From assembly GCA_964611295.1 (NCBI GenBank), contig CAZSWV010000006.1, positions 7,571 through 71,570 on the forward strand: DNA of 64,000 nt, given 5' to 3'. This document shows positions 10,866 to 20,541 of the stretch, piece by piece. A program made the translations under genes and the position numbers. The notes beneath the pieces were generated by a model. It was not told the DNA's origin and made no database searches. It saw nothing but the letters and a program-made list of their open reading frames with translations. Numbering within the stretch: the first letter of the stretch is position 1; every line of letters starts with the position of its first letter. This DNA is from an uncultured Thermodesulfobacteriota bacterium (GTDB lineage: Bacteria; Desulfobacterota; B13-G15).

Positions 10866-11237
10866 GTGAGCCTAGTGCTCAGGGATTTTTCTTTTGTCCT
10901 CATCTTCATACTGTTATCTTTTTTGCTCTGTTTCTTAGTTTTTGTAGTACCCTGGGTTATTGCCCCGCGTTCAAAAGGGGTAAAGGCACAGGACATATAC
11001 GAATGTGGGGTTGATCCCTTTGGGAGCGCTTGGGTAAGGTATTTTGCCCCCTTTTACCTTTATGCCTTGATCTTTGTTGCCTTCGATGTGGACGTTCTGT
11101 ACCTTTTCCCGGTGGCCTTGGGTTATTGGCGGGAAGGGGGTAGTGATAGGTTTTTGGTGCTTTTAATCTTTTTGGCCTTTTTGGTCTTTCCCCTTGCGTA
11201 TGCGTGGAGGAAGGGGGTCTTTTGGTGGAGGCCGTAG
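10866..11237 (+). CDS. nuoA: NADH-quinone oxidoreductase subunit A
   Basis: 123 aa, three TM segments, NuoA/ND3-like ...[12 protein letters not shown].... Probable GTG start. Confidence 0.8.
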   Translation: MSLVLRDFSFVLIFILLSFLLCFLVFVVPWVIAPRSKGVKAQDIYECGVDPFGSAWVRYFAPFYLYALIFVAFDVDVLYLFPVALGYWREGGSDRFLVLLIFLAFLVFPLAYAWRKGVFWWRP

Positions 11238-11716
11238 GGCCCAGGGTTAAGCTGGGAGTGCTTGAGGAATTTTTAAACCTTGCCAGAGCTAATTCCCTTT
11301 GGCCCATGACCTTTGGTCTTGCTTGTTGTGCCATTGAAATGATGGCCACTGTTGCTGCGAGGTTTGATCTTGCTCGATTTGGTGCGGAGGTAATGAGGCC
11401 TTCGCCTCGACAGTGCGATTTCATGATCGTTTCAGGGACCATTACTAAGAAGATAGCCCCCGTAGTAAGGACCCTTTACGAACAGATGGCTTCCCCTAAA
11501 TGGGTTGTTGCTTATGGTAACTGTGCCATTTCCGGAGGACCTTTTGTCTTTGAAGGGCAATACAACGTCATAGAAGGGGTAGACAAGGTGATACCGGTGG
11601 ACGTTTATGTCCCCGGGTGTCCTCCCAGGCCAGAGGCCCTTCTTGAGGCCTTGTTGAAACTACAAGAGAAACTCACCGGTGTAAGGAGATTTCCGGGCCC
11701 TGAGAGGAGATGGTAG
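11204..11716 (+). CDS. nuoB: NADH-quinone oxidoreductase subunit B
   Basis: [17 protein letters not shown] and GCPPRPEAL, the N2 Fe-S cluster cysteines. The start overlaps the nuoA end and is uncertain. Confidence 0.9.
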   Translation: MEEGGLLVEAVGPRVKLGVLEEFLNLARANSLWPMTFGLACCAIEMMATVAARFDLARFGAEVMRPSPRQCDFMIVSGTITKKIAPVVRTLYEQMASPKWVVAYGNCAISGGPFVFEGQYNVIEGVDKVIPVDVYVPGCPPRPEALLEALLKLQEKLTGVRRFPGPERRW

Positions 11717-13275
11717 CTGAAGGACTCCTAAGAGACCTTGATGCCATTGGGTGTGTAGTGGAAGAGGTCCCTTATGAAAGGAAGGGGTATTGGTTTGATG
11801 TAAAGGCACAAAAGGAAAAGTTACCAGAGTTGGCTGGGGCCTTTGACCAACACGGTTACTTTGTGGAAGAAGTGGTATGTGTGGATTGGAGAGAAGAGCT
11901 GGAGCTCCTTTACCATTTCAACCATTGGGATGACCCGAGGAGGTTTTCTGTAAGGACTAGGGTTAAGGCCACCGATCCTGAAGTTCCCTCCATATGGAAC
12001 ATCTATCCTGGGGCGGGGTGGCATGAGAGGGAGATCCACGAGTTCTTTGGCGTCAAGTTCAAGGGGCACCCTAACCTTTCTTACCTGTTCTTGCATCCGG
12101 ATATCGACTTTTACCCCTTGAGGAAGGACTTTGTCCCTGTAACTGAGGAGGACAAGAGGGTCCTGTTGGGACGCTTTCCAGAGGGGGATGAGGAGTCCTT
12201 TTGGCTCAACATGGGTCCTCAGCATCCTTCGACTCATGGCGTGCTAAGGCTCTTGTTGAAGATGAAAGGGGAATTCATCGAGGATATGGAGCCGGTTTTG
12301 GGATACATGCACCGTATGCAGGAGAAAATGGCCGAAGAGAGGTCCTATAGCCAGTACTACCCCAACACCGCCCGGATGGATTATGTGGCTCCTCTTGCCT
12401 TCAGCCTCTGTTACGTCCTTGCCTTGGAGAGGTGTTGTGGTATCGAGGTGCCTGAAAGGGCCCAGTTTATAAGGCTTATTGCCATGGAGCTTAACAGGAT
12501 CGCAAGCCACCTACTGTGGTTGGGGACGTACCTCCTTGACCTTGGTGCTGCTACACCTTATTTTTTCGCCTTCGACGACAGGGAACAGATCTTGGACATC
12601 CTGGAGGGCCTGACCGGTTCTAGGTTGACCTATTGCTATTACAGGATAGGAGGGGTTTACGAGGACCTCAACGAAGGTTTCCTCGAAGCGGTGGATCGAT
12701 TTATACAAAGGATGAAAAGGAGGCTTAAAGACTACGACGAGCTGGTCACGGGCAACGCCATATTCCTGGGGCGTACCAAAGGCATTGGGGTTATCCCGAA
12801 GGAGGTAGCTAGGCGTTATGGTGTTACAGGGCCAAACTTAAGGGCCTCGGGGGTGGCCTTTGACATAAGGGTATGCGAGCCTTACGACGGATACAGGTTT
12901 CTCAAGCCTAAGGTAGCCTTACGGGAAGAAGGGGATAGTTTCGCCCGTTATTTGGTCAGGTTGGATGAAATAAGGGCCAGCCTTTCCCTATTGGAAGAGG
13001 CGATAAGTAAGGTACCTGAAGGTCCCTATAGGGTGGAAAAGCTACCAAAGAGGCCCCCAGTTGGTGATGTCTTTTTTGCCACAGAAGGGGCAAGGGGCGA
13101 AGTAGGGGTTTATATCGTCTCTGACGGGAGTGACAAGCCCTATAGGCTCAAGTGGCGTAGTCCCTCCTTTTCCAACTTTGTGAGTTTCACCGAAATAGGC
13201 AAGGGAATGCTTATTGCTGACGCTGTAGCTACGCTCGGAAGTCTCGATTTGGTGGTACCGGAGATGGACAGATGA
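11710..13275 (+). CDS. nuoCD: fused NuoC-NuoD (30-kDa plus 49-kDa subunits)
   Basis: N-terminal NuoC-like region ([25 protein letters not shown]) fused to NuoD ([15 protein letters not shown]...), 521 aa. Confidence 0.9.
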   Translation: MVAEGLLRDLDAIGCVVEEVPYERKGYWFDVKAQKEKLPELAGAFDQHGYFVEEVVCVDWREELELLYHFNHWDDPRRFSVRTRVKATDPEVPSIWNIYPGAGWHEREIHEFFGVKFKGHPNLSYLFLHPDIDFYPLRKDFVPVTEEDKRVLLGRFPEGDEESFWLNMGPQHPSTHGVLRLLLKMKGEFIEDMEPVLGYMHRMQEKMAEERSYSQYYPNTARMDYVAPLAFSLCYVLALERCCGIEVPERAQFIRLIAMELNRIASHLLWLGTYLLDLGAATPYFFAFDDREQILDILEGLTGSRLTYCYYRIGGVYEDLNEGFLEAVDRFIQRMKRRLKDYDELVTGNAIFLGRTKGIGVIPKEVARRYGVTGPNLRASGVAFDIRVCEPYDGYRFLKPKVALREEGDSFARYLVRLDEIRASLSLLEEAISKVPEGPYRVEKLPKRPPVGDVFFATEGARGEVGVYIVSDGSDKPYRLKWRSPSFSNFVSFTEIGKGMLIADAVATLGSLDLVVPEMDR

Positions 13276-14375
13276 GGTTATGGTTAAAGAGGCTTTACCG
13301 GCTTTACTTTCAATCCGATCCTTTCAAGGCGGGATTGTGCCTATTGGCTGCCTTAACCGGGGTATCGATCCTTTTAGGCCTTGCATGGCTTCTGGGTAAA
13401 GCCCTATGGGACTTAGGAATTTCGGCATGGGGAGTGGACTTCCTACGGCTGGTACTAGGGGCCCTATGGGTGCTTTTAGTGCTTTTTGGCAATGCCCTTT
13501 TATTGGTGTGGGTGGAGAGGAAGGTGGCAGGTCATATGCAATGGAGGATAGGCCCCAAAGAAGTTGGTCCCTTTGGGTTATTGCAGTCCATTGCCGATGC
13601 GGTAAAGCTTATGGGAAAGGAATTGGTGTCGCCAAGGTATGTGGATAAGCCCCTTTACCTCTTGGCCCCTTTTCTGATCTTCATGCCCTGTGTTGTTGTA
13701 TTGTTGGTTATTCCGTTTGATCCTCATTTGCAAATTAGGGATATAAATGTAGGGATTGTCCTGATATTGGCCTTTTCATCTTTGACCTCTATAGCGGTGT
13801 TTATGGCTGGGTGGGGTTCTGTGAACAAATACTCCTTGCTTGGTGGCATGAGGAGTATCTCCCAGCAGATAGCTTATGAAATACCCATGGTGCTTTCCAT
13901 TGTCCCTGTAGTGATGTTATCGGGTTCTCTTTCCCTTAAAGGGATAGTGGAAGCCCAAAAGGTGCCCTATCTATTGCTACAACCTGTGGCCTTTTTCATT
14001 TATCTGATATCAGCTGTTGCTGAAGTTAACCGTACTCCTTTTGACCTTCCTGAGGCAGAGAGCGAACTTGTGGCCGGTTATCACATAGAATACAGCGGGA
14101 TGCGTTTTGCTATGTTTTTCCTTGCCGAATATACGAACCTCTTCATCGTATCGGCCTTGCTCACCACGTTTTTCTTAGCTGGTTATAAGGGACCGTGGCT
14201 TCCGGGGTGGGCTTGGTTTTTCATAAAGACTTACCTTGTGGTCTTTGTGATCATGTGGTTCAGATGGACTTTCCCCCGAGTCAGGTTTGACCAGTTGCTC
14301 AACTTCTCGTGGAAGTTCTTAATACCACTGGCCATGTTGAACTTGGTGGTCACAGGGGGGGTTTTGAAGCTATGA
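13272..14375 (+). CDS. nuoH: NADH-quinone oxidoreductase subunit H
   Basis: Multi-TM NuoH/ND1 signature ...RIGPKEVGPFGLLQ..., with an ATGA overlap with nuoCD. Confidence 0.9.
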   Translation: MRLWLKRLYRLYFQSDPFKAGLCLLAALTGVSILLGLAWLLGKALWDLGISAWGVDFLRLVLGALWVLLVLFGNALLLVWVERKVAGHMQWRIGPKEVGPFGLLQSIADAVKLMGKELVSPRYVDKPLYLLAPFLIFMPCVVVLLVIPFDPHLQIRDINVGIVLILAFSSLTSIAVFMAGWGSVNKYSLLGGMRSISQQIAYEIPMVLSIVPVVMLSGSLSLKGIVEAQKVPYLLLQPVAFFIYLISAVAEVNRTPFDLPEAESELVAGYHIEYSGMRFAMFFLAEYTNLFIVSALLTTFFLAGYKGPWLPGWAWFFIKTYLVVFVIMWFRWTFPRVRFDQLLNFSWKFLIPLAMLNLVVTGGVLKL

Positions 14376-14788
14376 ACCCTTTGGAGGTTTTAAAAGGAGG
14401 GTATTCGCTCCTTAAGGGGATGAAGGTCACCCTTAAGGTCTTCTTTAGTCGGCCAGTGACATGCCAATATCCCCGTGCTACCCTGCCCCTTAGTCCGCGT
14501 TTCAGAGGGCATATAAAGCTGAAAGGGGATTCCTGTAGGGCTTGTGGTCTGTGTCAGAGGGTGTGTCCCACGGGTTGTATAAGGATCGAGGCCGAAAGAG
14601 TAGAAGGTCAAAAGGGAAGGGTGCTTAAGGCCTTTTGGCTTGATTTTACCCGTTGTAGTCACTGCGGCCTCTGTGTAGAGGAATGCCCCCAAGGGGCTAT
14701 AGGTTTTAGCCAGGATTACAACTTGGCCTCCTTCAGGAAAGAGGACTTCGTCTTTGAACTTCTGTCCGAATACAGGAGCAGGGCATGA
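14372..14788 (+). CDS. nuoI: NADH-quinone oxidoreductase subunit I (2x[4Fe-4S])
   Basis: CRACGLCQRVCP and CSHCGLCVEECP. The start was set to the ATG at 14372 (ATGA overlap with the nuoH stop), which gives the typical N-terminus. Confidence 0.9.
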   Translation: MNPLEVLKGGYSLLKGMKVTLKVFFSRPVTCQYPRATLPLSPRFRGHIKLKGDSCRACGLCQRVCPTGCIRIEAERVEGQKGRVLKAFWLDFTRCSHCGLCVEECPQGAIGFSQDYNLASFRKEDFVFELLSEYRSRA

Positions 14789-15288
14789 GTTTAGGTGAGG
14801 TTGTCTTTTGGGCCATGGTAGCCATAGTGACCCTTGGGGCCCTTGGCGCTGTGTTGAGCAATTCCTTGGTCTATGCCATCTTTTTCCTTTTGCTGACCAT
14901 GGGGGGTGTTGCAGGGCTTTACGTTTACCTTGGCACCCCCTTTTTGGCCATGATGCAGATCCTGATCTACATCGGGGCAATAGGGGTCTTGATGGTCTTT
15001 GCTGTGATGCTTGCTGGGCCTTTTTGGCTCAAACCAAAGGAGAGAGGGGCGTTTTTCAAGGTGGGGGCAGGGGTTGTCCTCATTGTGGTTATCCTCTTGA
15101 CCTTGGGAAGGGCTTTACAGGAAATGCCTTCTGTAACAGGTGGACCTTTGCCTTCATCGGCAAAGGAGGTCGGTGACCTTATAATGGGGAGGTATTCCCT
15201 GGCCTTTGAACTTCTGTCCTTATTGATCGCCATAAGCATCGTAGGGGCATTGATGCTTGGGTTGCTTTCCCGAAGGGAGGGATCCTAA
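14785..15288 (+). CDS. nuoJ: NADH-quinone oxidoreductase subunit J
   Basis: 167-aa hydrophobic NuoJ/ND6-like protein in the conserved operon position. Confidence 0.8.
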   Translation: MSLGEVVFWAMVAIVTLGALGAVLSNSLVYAIFFLLLTMGGVAGLYVYLGTPFLAMMQILIYIGAIGVLMVFAVMLAGPFWLKPKERGAFFKVGAGVVLIVVILLTLGRALQEMPSVTGGPLPSSAKEVGDLIMGRYSLAFELLSLLIAISIVGALMLGLLSRREGS

Positions 15289-15290
15289 GG

Positions 15291-15605
15291 ATGCCTTGGG
15301 AACGTCCGGAAGTGTTCTTTTACGTGAGCTTACTCCTTTTAGGAATGGGGATTCTCGGTCTTATTTCGCGGAGGAGCTTGATAGGGATGCTTGTGGCTGT
15401 GGAGTTGTGCCTAAATGGAGCGGGTTTGAACTTTGTGCTTCTGCAGAAGTTCTATCAGCCTTCTTCACCACATGGTGAGGTATTCGCGCTCTTCATAATG
15501 GGGATAGCAGCTTCTGAGGCTGCGATAGCCTTGGGCATAGTCTTGTTGTTCTTCAGAAGGAAGGCCACAGTAGAAGAAAGGGCCTTAAGGGAGCTTAAGG
15601 GATGA
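15291..15605 (+). CDS. nuoK: NADH-quinone oxidoreductase subunit K
   Basis: 104 aa with a NuoK/ND4L-like LIGMLVAVELCLNGAGLNFV. Confidence 0.85.
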   Translation: MPWERPEVFFYVSLLLLGMGILGLISRRSLIGMLVAVELCLNGAGLNFVLLQKFYQPSSPHGEVFALFIMGIAASEAAIALGIVLLFFRRKATVEERALRELKG

Positions 15606-17059
15606 AGGAAGTCCCAAGTGTCCTTCCGCTTTTGCCCGTATTGATTACCTTCACGGTGGTGTGGCTCATCATTGCTTCTAGGTCAAGGCCCAACATCAGG
15701 GAACTTTGGTCAATAGCAGGTTCAGGGGCTACCTTCTTAGTGGTATTGGCTATGGTCCCTCATGTGTTAAAAGGGGAAGTTTTGAAGTTCAAACTTTCGG
15801 ATATAGGCCCTGGTTTGAGTTTTTCCTTCAGGGTAGATGGCTTAGGGCTTGTATTCGGATTGATTTCTTCCTTTCTCTGGATATTGGCTTCTTTTTACAA
15901 TGTGGGCTATATGCGTTCCCTCCAGGAGCACGCGCAGACCCGTTATTATGCCTGTTTTACCTCAGCGATCCTAGGGGCCCAAGGAGTTGCATATGCAGGG
16001 AGTCTCCTGACCCTTTATCTGTTTTATGAAATCATCACGGTAGTCACATATCCCTTGGTGGCCCATCATCAAGACAAAGAGGCTTACGAGGCCGGTAAAA
16101 AATACCTTTTCTACCTCATGGGTACTTCCAAGGGATTGCTCCTTCCTGCCATGGTCCTCACATACCTTATGGCTGGTTCTTTGGATTTCTCGCCTTCGGT
16201 CTACAAGGGAATAATCGAGCAGAGGGGTTTTTGGGTGGTGCTTATGTATTGGTTTTTCATCCTGGGCTTTGCCAAAGCCGCCATAATGCCCCTCCACAAC
16301 TGGTTGCCATCGGCCATGGTGGCACCTACACCCGTTAGCGCCCTTTTACACGCCGTGGCTGTAGTCAAGGCGGGGGTCTTTTCCATCTCACGTGTGATGC
16401 TTTCCGTATTCGGAATCCAGATGCTTAGCGAAACCGGACTCGGCCTTTACACGGCATATTTCGTCTCCGTAACCATCCTTTTGGCCTCAGTCATAGCCTT
16501 GACTAAGGACGACCTCAAGGAGCGATTAGCTTATTCGACCATAAGCCAGTTGTCTTACATAGTACTTGGGGTAGCGCTCCTTAACCCCGTAGGTATACTC
16601 GGGGGGATTTTCCACATAGTGGGCCATGCCTTTGGGAAGATCACCCTTTTCTTCTGCGCGGGGGCCATCTATGTAGCGCATCACAAAAAAAAGATAAGTG
16701 AACTTTCGGGACTCGGCTATCAGATGCCCTTCACCTTCGGGGCCTTTGCGGTGGCTTCCTTGAGCATGATAGGAGTTCCCCCTGTAGGTGGATTTGTGAG
16801 CAAGTGGTTCTTGGTAAATGGCTCAGTGGACTTAAAGGAAATGGGGCTTACGGTCGTGTTGCTCTTAAGTGCCCTTTTGAACGCAGGGTACTTTGCCCCT
16901 ATCACCTTTAAGGCCTTTTTCGAAGGGGAGGTACAGGGGTTCCGGTTAAGAGAAGCACCCTTGTGGATGGTAATGCCCCTTTGTGTCACAGCTACTTTGA
17001 GCGTGTTAATAGGCCTTTGGCCTGATGTGGTTTTAAGGCTTATAAGGAGCGTGTTATGA
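15602..17059 (+). CDS. NuoL-type antiporter-like subunit (short, 485 aa)
   Basis: HNWLPSAMVAPTPVSALLHAVAVVKAGV closely matches the NuoL signature, but the length suggests it lacks the C-terminal horizontal-helix extension. Confidence 0.7.
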   Translation: MKEVPSVLPLLPVLITFTVVWLIIASRSRPNIRELWSIAGSGATFLVVLAMVPHVLKGEVLKFKLSDIGPGLSFSFRVDGLGLVFGLISSFLWILASFYNVGYMRSLQEHAQTRYYACFTSAILGAQGVAYAGSLLTLYLFYEIITVVTYPLVAHHQDKEAYEAGKKYLFYLMGTSKGLLLPAMVLTYLMAGSLDFSPSVYKGIIEQRGFWVVLMYWFFILGFAKAAIMPLHNWLPSAMVAPTPVSALLHAVAVVKAGVFSISRVMLSVFGIQMLSETGLGLYTAYFVSVTILLASVIALTKDDLKERLAYSTISQLSYIVLGVALLNPVGILGGIFHIVGHAFGKITLFFCAGAIYVAHHKKKISELSGLGYQMPFTFGAFAVASLSMIGVPPVGGFVSKWFLVNGSVDLKEMGLTVVLLLSALLNAGYFAPITFKAFFEGEVQGFRLREAPLWMVMPLCVTATLSVLIGLWPDVVLRLIRSVL

Positions 17060-17304
17060 GGAAAGGGCTTGGCTTCCTTGTGGAGAGGCGAAGGCTCTTA
17101 AGAGACCTCGGGCTTTTGTCCCTTTTAGGGGTTTTGGTGGTGGAGCTCTGGATTCCTTCAGAACATGGACACTTTTGGTTCGAGAGGGCCTTTGGCTTTT
17201 GGGCCCTCTTTGGGTTTGTAGGGGGATTTGTATTGGCTAAGACCTCAAAGGCCATAGCACATCTTTTACTATCCAAACCCGAGGATTTCTATGGGGAGTG
17301 GTGA
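17056..17304 (+). CDS. small 2-TM membrane protein within the nuo operon
   Basis: 82 aa, two hydrophobic segments, with ATGA-type overlaps with both neighbours. Confidence 0.35.
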   Translation: MRKGLGFLVERRRLLRDLGLLSLLGVLVVELWIPSEHGHFWFERAFGFWALFGFVGGFVLAKTSKAIAHLLLSKPEDFYGEW

Positions 17305-19051
17305 GTTTATACATCCGGGGCTTTGTTACCTAGTTGGGTCCTTCGTCATCCCCTTTTTAAAGGGAAGGGCGAAGAAGGCCTTTTTGGCCTTATTTCCGCT
17401 TTTTGTGATCGGAATAGTAGCCCTTTTACGTGAAGGGGAGTATTGGCAAGGACAGTGGCTTGGTGTTCGATTGGTCCTCGGACACGTGGATAGGCTAAGC
17501 TTGTGTTTCCTCTGGGTATTCTCCATAATGGCCTTTTTAGGAGCCTTATACGGCCTCCATAGGAGCGAGGATGGCCACCACATAGCGGCGTGGTGGTATG
17601 TGGGTAGCTCTATGGGGGTGGTGCTGGCGGGCGACTATCTCACCCTTTTTACCTTTTGGGAACTTATGGCGTGTTCTTCCGTCTTTCTGGTTTGGTACAG
17701 GCGTCGTCCAGAGTCCGTAAGGGCCGGTTTTAGGTACTTGTTAGTCCATGTGTTTGGAGGGCTCTGCTTATTTTTGGGGGTGGTATTAAGGTATTGGGAA
17801 CAAGGGAATTTCCTCTTTGGACCTATCACAGAGGAGGCAGCTGGCCTTGCGGAGTATTTGATACTTACGGGCTTTGCCCTGAACGCTGCTGTAATTCCCC
17901 TTCATGCATGGCTTCCTGATGCCTATCCCGAGGCTACAGTGGAAGGGGCAGTCTTTATGTCGGCCTACACTACTAAAACGGCCGTTTACGTTTTGGCAAG
18001 GGCCTTTTCCGGTTTTGAGGTGTTGGCGCTGCTTGGAACCCTTATGACGGTCTACGGGGTCTTTTTTGCCCTTATTGAAAACGACATGAGGCGCGTTCTT
18101 GCATATCACATCATAAGCCAAGTGGGCTACATGGTGGCAGGGGTTGGTATCGGGACGGCCATGACGGTAAACGGAGCTGTAAGCCATGCTTTCGCCCATA
18201 TCATCTACAAGGGGCTCCTCTTCATGGGTGCAGGGACTGTGCTTTACAGGGTAGGCAACTGTAAACTGTCAGAACTCGGGGGGCTTTGGCGTTTTATGCC
18301 TTGGACCATGCTCTTTTACGTAATAGGTGCAGTTTCCATCAGTGGGTTCCCGCTTTTCAGCGGGTTCGTCTCCAAGAACATGACTGTATCTGGGGCCTTT
18401 GAGGCAGGAAGGCCGGTTTTAGGTATGCTCATGGAGCTTGCCGCCATAGGCACCTTCCTCTCCGTAGGGCTAAAGGTCACAGCCTTTGCCTTTTTTGGCC
18501 AGGGCCAAAAGGAGGCAGAAGAAGCACCATGGAACATGTTGTTGGCCATGGCTTTGGCCTCCTTTATATGCCTGTTCATAGGCATTTACCCTAAAGTTCT
18601 TTATCGGATCTTGCCCTTTGAAGTGCACTACCATCCTTATGAACCTAAGAAGGTAATAGAGGTCCTTGAGCTTTTAGGGTTTTCAGGGCTTTTGTTCTTC
18701 CTAATAAAGGAGAAGCTCAAGCCTGAACCCAAGGTGAACCTCGATATGGACGTATCCTATCGCTTGGGGGCCAAGTGGTTTATGGCCTTCGATAGAAAGG
18801 TCATAGCCTTCCTGGACATGCTTTGGGGGGAGTTGTGGAGGTGGTTGGGTCTTAAAGGTCTTTATGGAGGTGCACAAGGGGCTAACTGGTTTGACCAAAA
18901 GGGCATTGATGGCGTTGTGGACGGAACGGCTTACGGTGTACGTGGGATTGGATTACGGGTAAGGGGATTGCAAGTCGGTAGCATCCAAGCGTACATAGGC
19001 ATGTCCTTGGCTTTAGTGCTTTTGATATTCAGCCTCTTTGTCCTGAGGTAG
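17291..19051 (+). CDS. NuoL/MrpA/HyfB-family antiporter-like subunit (586 aa)
   Basis: LHAWLPDAYPEATVEGAVFMSAY and LTLFTFWELMACSS, the complex I antiporter-like fold, but a non-canonical L motif. Confidence 0.7.
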   Translation: MGSGEFIHPGLCYLVGSFVIPFLKGRAKKAFLALFPLFVIGIVALLREGEYWQGQWLGVRLVLGHVDRLSLCFLWVFSIMAFLGALYGLHRSEDGHHIAAWWYVGSSMGVVLAGDYLTLFTFWELMACSSVFLVWYRRRPESVRAGFRYLLVHVFGGLCLFLGVVLRYWEQGNFLFGPITEEAAGLAEYLILTGFALNAAVIPLHAWLPDAYPEATVEGAVFMSAYTTKTAVYVLARAFSGFEVLALLGTLMTVYGVFFALIENDMRRVLAYHIISQVGYMVAGVGIGTAMTVNGAVSHAFAHIIYKGLLFMGAGTVLYRVGNCKLSELGGLWRFMPWTMLFYVIGAVSISGFPLFSGFVSKNMTVSGAFEAGRPVLGMLMELAAIGTFLSVGLKVTAFAFFGQGQKEAEEAPWNMLLAMALASFICLFIGIYPKVLYRILPFEVHYHPYEPKKVIEVLELLGFSGLLFFLIKEKLKPEPKVNLDMDVSYRLGAKWFMAFDRKVIAFLDMLWGELWRWLGLKGLYGGAQGANWFDQKGIDGVVDGTAYGVRGIGLRVRGLQVGSIQAYIGMSLALVLLIFSLFVLR

Positions 19052-19056
19052 GGACT

Positions 19057-20532
19057 ATGGGCCTTTTTGCTAACGAATTGCCCTATGGGGTTTTGTCATG
19101 GACCATATTCCTGCCCTTGGGGGGGGCTTTCTTGATCCTTCTGTTTTCAAGCGACAGGATGGCCAGATGGATCGCCTTGGTGTTTACATTGATTGACTTC
19201 TGTTTGGCCCTACCCCTTTGGTATAGGTTTGATCCCTCAAAGATAGGGTTTCAGTTCGTTGAGATAAGGGAATGGTTACCTATTTTGGGATTGAGATATG
19301 CAGTAGGTGTCGACGGGATAAGTATGCCCTTGGTGCTACTTACGGCCCTTTTGAGCCCTATTTGTGTCCTTTGCTCATGGCATCAGATAGAACATCGTGT
19401 AAGGAGCTTTATGTTCTGCTTGCTCCTCATGGAGACTTCGATGATCGGGGTATTTTCGGCCCTGGATTTCGTGCTCTTTTACCTCTTTTGGGAGGGAATG
19501 CTCATCCCCATGTACTTGCTTATAGCCGTATGGGGTGGACCGAGGAGGGATTATGCCTCGCTTAAGTTTTTCATCTACACCCTGGTAGGGAGCGTCTTTC
19601 TGCTCCTAGGTATCATAGCCCTTTACTTCAAGCAGGGTACTTTTTTCATCCCCGAAGTGCTTTTCCGTCCATACGAGGAAAGGTTTCAGCTTTTAGTATT
19701 TTTGGCCTTTGCCACTGCCTTTGCCATAAAGGTCCCCATGTTTCCCTTCCACACCTGGCTTCCTGCAGCCCACGTGGAGGCCCCTACAGCTGGGAGCGTA
19801 TTTTTGGCCAGTATCCTCCTGAAGATGGGAAGCTATGGCTTCCTTAGGTTCTGTTTAGGTATAACCCCAAAGGCCTCTTTGACGATGGCCCCCTGGATTT
19901 TAATGCTTTCGATAATCGCCATAATATATGCGGGTTTCCTCTGCCTTGGCCAAGAGGACATGAAGCGCCTTATCGCGTATTCAAGCGTTTCTCACATGGG
20001 TTTTGTCACCTTAGGCATCTTTACCTTTACCCTATGGGGCCTAAAGGGGGCAATGCTCCAGATGTTAAATCACGGGGTTACAACAGGTGCCCTGTTCCTT
20101 TGCGTAGGGATCCTTTACGAAAGGACCCATTCGAGGTTGATATCCGACAACTCCGGTCTAGGAAAAGTAATGCCCCTTTTTGTCGCCTTTTTCGGGGTCT
20201 TTTGTTTCAGCTCCTTTGCCTTTCCTGGAACCAACAATTTCGTAGGTGAGCTGTTCGTATTATTGGGTGCCTTTGAGAAGGACAAAACCCTGGGGCTCTT
20301 CCTCTTGCCAGGACCTGTATTGGCTGCAGCTTACATGTTAAGGCTTTTGAAACGTACCGTATGGAAGGAGGGAGAGGTCAGTCCCCTTTGGGATTTAAAT
20401 GCTAGAGAAGTCTTTTACCTTCTTCCCCTTCTAGTGGCTGTCCTCTGGGTGGGTTTTTGCCCAGGGAAATTGGTAGAGGTAATGGAACCGGCCCTTATGG
20501 AACTCCTCAAAAATGTGAAGTCAATGTCCTAG
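19057..20532 (+). CDS. nuoM: NADH-quinone oxidoreductase subunit M
   Basis: FHTWLPAAHVEAPTAGSVFLASILLKMGSYGFLRF, the NuoM signature. Confidence 0.85.
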   Translation: MGLFANELPYGVLSWTIFLPLGGAFLILLFSSDRMARWIALVFTLIDFCLALPLWYRFDPSKIGFQFVEIREWLPILGLRYAVGVDGISMPLVLLTALLSPICVLCSWHQIEHRVRSFMFCLLLMETSMIGVFSALDFVLFYLFWEGMLIPMYLLIAVWGGPRRDYASLKFFIYTLVGSVFLLLGIIALYFKQGTFFIPEVLFRPYEERFQLLVFLAFATAFAIKVPMFPFHTWLPAAHVEAPTAGSVFLASILLKMGSYGFLRFCLGITPKASLTMAPWILMLSIIAIIYAGFLCLGQEDMKRLIAYSSVSHMGFVTLGIFTFTLWGLKGAMLQMLNHGVTTGALFLCVGILYERTHSRLISDNSGLGKVMPLFVAFFGVFCFSSFAFPGTNNFVGELFVLLGAFEKDKTLGLFLLPGPVLAAAYMLRLLKRTVWKEGEVSPLWDLNAREVFYLLPLLVAVLWVGFCPGKLVEVMEPALMELLKNVKSMS

Positions 20533-20541
20533 GGGGAGGAA

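Noticed and set aside
9137-10996. 619-aa version of ligase-1 in the ORF track
   Set aside because: The first 96 codons have no counterpart in the paralog and run through the intergenic promoter region. An ATG at 10708 with GGAGGTG upstream gives a protein co-linear with paralog 2.
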